Shown here: piece by piece, positions 62,039-64,000 of the stretch
How the letters are laid out: each line of letters begins with the position of its first letter
Numbering within the stretch: position 1 is the first letter of the stretch
Assembly (NCBI RefSeq): GCF_036588685.1
Contig: NC_086376.1
Location: 32,178,001 to 32,242,000, forward strand
Direction of reading: 5' to 3'
Length of the DNA stretch: 64,000 nt
Source: Mytilus trossulus
Lineage: Eukaryota
The notes under the pieces: model-generated
Databases searched by the model: none
Told to the model about the DNA's origin: nothing
Seen by the model: the letters and a program-made list of their open reading frames with translations, nothing else
Translations under genes and position numbers: made by a program

Positions 62039-62286
62039 TGACAAAAGACAACCACTGATGATGTACTTTACAATAACATGAGCTGGTGTATACTAGCTTT
62101 TTTTTGCCTGCTTCTGTCATTAAATCCATTTGTCTGTCAGTCTGTTTGAAAGACCTCGGGTACAAACACATTAGTCAATATGTTCTGCTATGAAAGGGAA
62201 TTATTTTGTATTTAGTCTGTTATATGATTATTTTAAGTTGAAGCATATGCATTTTTTATAACTAGTGTGCAGCCAATTATTGTTTG

Positions 62287-62650
62287 CCAATAGTTTGTTC
62301 CGACAGGCAACACTCATTGTAATAGTTTGTTCCAACAGGCAACACTTATTGTAATAGTTTGTTCCAACAGGCAACACTCATTGTAATAGTTTGTTCCAAC
62401 AGGCAACACTCATTGTAATAGTTTGTTCCAACAGGCAACACTCATTGTAATAGTTTGTTCCAACAGGCAACACTCATGTAATAGTTTGTTCCAACATGCA
62501 GGCAACATTCATTGTAATAGTTTGTTTCAATGGGCAACACTCATTGTAATAGTTTGTTCCAACAGGCAACACTCGTTGTAATAGTTTGTTCCAACAGGCA
62601 ACACTCATTGTAATAGTTTGTTCCAACAGGCAACACTCATTGTAATAGTT
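62287..62650. repeat. 32-bp minisatellite, ~11 copies
   Basis: taatagtttgttccaacaggcaacactcattg. Confidence 0.95.
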
Positions 62651-62769
62651 TCCTGTGTGGTACTGTCTGTGTGTCCATGGTAATGGTGTCCAATTTAAAT
62701 GTGTCTTCTGTTATAATGTCATTTGCAATAGTGTCCACTATGATGGTTTTCACTTCATTAGTTTACATT

Positions 62770-63720
62770 AGTGTCCAAAAATGTATCCACTGTAATGGTG
62801 TCCACTGTATTGTTGTCCATTCTGTAATGGTGTCCACTATATTGTTGTCCACTCTAATAGTTGCCACTGTGATGGTGCTTCTGTAATCTGTAATAATGTC
62901 TACTGTTATAGTGTCCTCTGTATTTGAGTCCACTGTGATATTGTCTCCTTTAACTGTGTCCACCCTAATAGTGTCCACTGTGAAGGTTTCCTTTGTAATG
63001 GTGTCCACTGTATTGTTGTCCACTCTAATAGTGTCCACTGTGATGGTGCTTCTGTAATCTGTAATTATGTCCACTGTAATAGTGTCCTCTGTAATTGAGT
63101 CCACTGTGATATTGTCTCCTTTAACTGTGTCCACCCTAATAGTGTCCACTGTGAAGGTTTCCTTTGTAATGGTGTCCACTGTATTGTTGTCCACTCTAAT
63201 AGTGTCCACTGTGATGGTGCTTCTGTAATCTGTAATAATGTCTACTGTTATAGTGTCCTCTGTATTTGAGTCCACTGTGATATTGTCTCCTTTAACTGTG
63301 TCCACCCTAATAGTGTTCACTGTGAAGGTTTCCTTTGTAATGGTGTCCACTGTATTGTTGTCCACTCTAATAGTGTCCACTGTGATGGTGCTTCTGTAAT
63401 CTGTAATTATGTCCACTGTAATAGTGTCCTCTGTAATTGAGTCCACTGTGATATTGTCTCCTTTAACTGTGTCCACCCTAATAGTGTCCACTGTACTAAT
63501 AGTGTCCAAAGGTTTCCTTTGTAATGGTGTCCACTGTATTGTTGTCCACTCTAATAGTGTCCACTGTGATGGTGCTTCTGTAATCTGTAATAATGTCCAC
63601 TGTAATAATGTCCACTGTAATAGTGTCCTCTGTAATGGAGTCCATTGTGAATATTGTCTCCTTTAACTGTGTCCACCCTAATAATGACCACTGTGAAGAT
63701 TTCCTCTGTAATGGTGTTGA
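62770..63720. repeat. Hierarchical tandem repeat (15 bp, 171 bp, 342 bp)
   Basis: gtgtccactgtaata-type subunits; marker ttaactgtgtccaccc at 62950, 63121, 63292 and 63463; variants alternate A/B. Confidence 0.95.
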
Positions 63721-64000
63721 CTGAGAAAGTATCTACTGTATTCTGTAGAATGTACTGTCAATTCTTATTCCTTCATGGTTCTGTCTAGTATGTAAACTGA
63801 AATAATGAAAAGAATAGTTATAATACTTTCTTTTAAAGTTTCACTTGCCAAAGTTTATTATTTACGTATGGGTATAGTGAACTGATGCTTGGGGTATATG
63901 GCTGTGATGTTTTATCACCTCAAAGTTTATTATTTCTATGCGTGCATAGTAAACCGATGCTTGGGGTATAAGGCTGTGATGTTTTCTACGTGTGTATAGT

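Noticed and set aside
62287-62650. 32-bp repeats of CRISPR-like length
   Set aside because: Units are contiguous with no unique spacers, there are no cas genes, and the context is eukaryotic.

Overview
AT-rich eukaryotic genomic DNA with GT-AG introns and a dense load of repeats. The repeat types suggest a bivalve mollusc, probably Mytilus (inference, not database-checked). Three spliced protein-coding genes can be reconstructed by hand, and the ORF track misses or mis-frames all of them. (1) The 5' part of DHX34 on the minus strand: 4 coding exons in 1010-3714, continuing off the left edge. (2) A complete KXD1 on the plus strand: 4 exons in 6521-13150, 224 aa, head-to-head with DHX34. (3) A complete NDUFS4 on the minus strand: 5 exons in 17455-25551, 166 aa, tail-to-tail with KXD1. 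At about 30.4-31.1 kb there is a probable promoter with two E2F-type sites, a 75-nt near-perfect hairpin and outward-facing splice donors. It is followed by about 33 kb with no recognisable coding exon, only candidate non-coding exons. The rest is a catalogue of mobile and repetitive DNA: degenerate LINEs, a probable solo LTR, a tRNA/Deu(Nin)-type SINE, Helentron-associated (HINE-like) elements with internal tandem arrays, TTAA- and TA-flanked MITEs, ultra-short 34-62 bp elements with 7-9 bp TSDs, three hairpin-headed elements sharing a hairpin-TGACGTCA-CCAAT layout, and several minisatellites with higher-order structure. I found no evidence for a novel protein-coding system; the most unusual signals are non-coding or structural.
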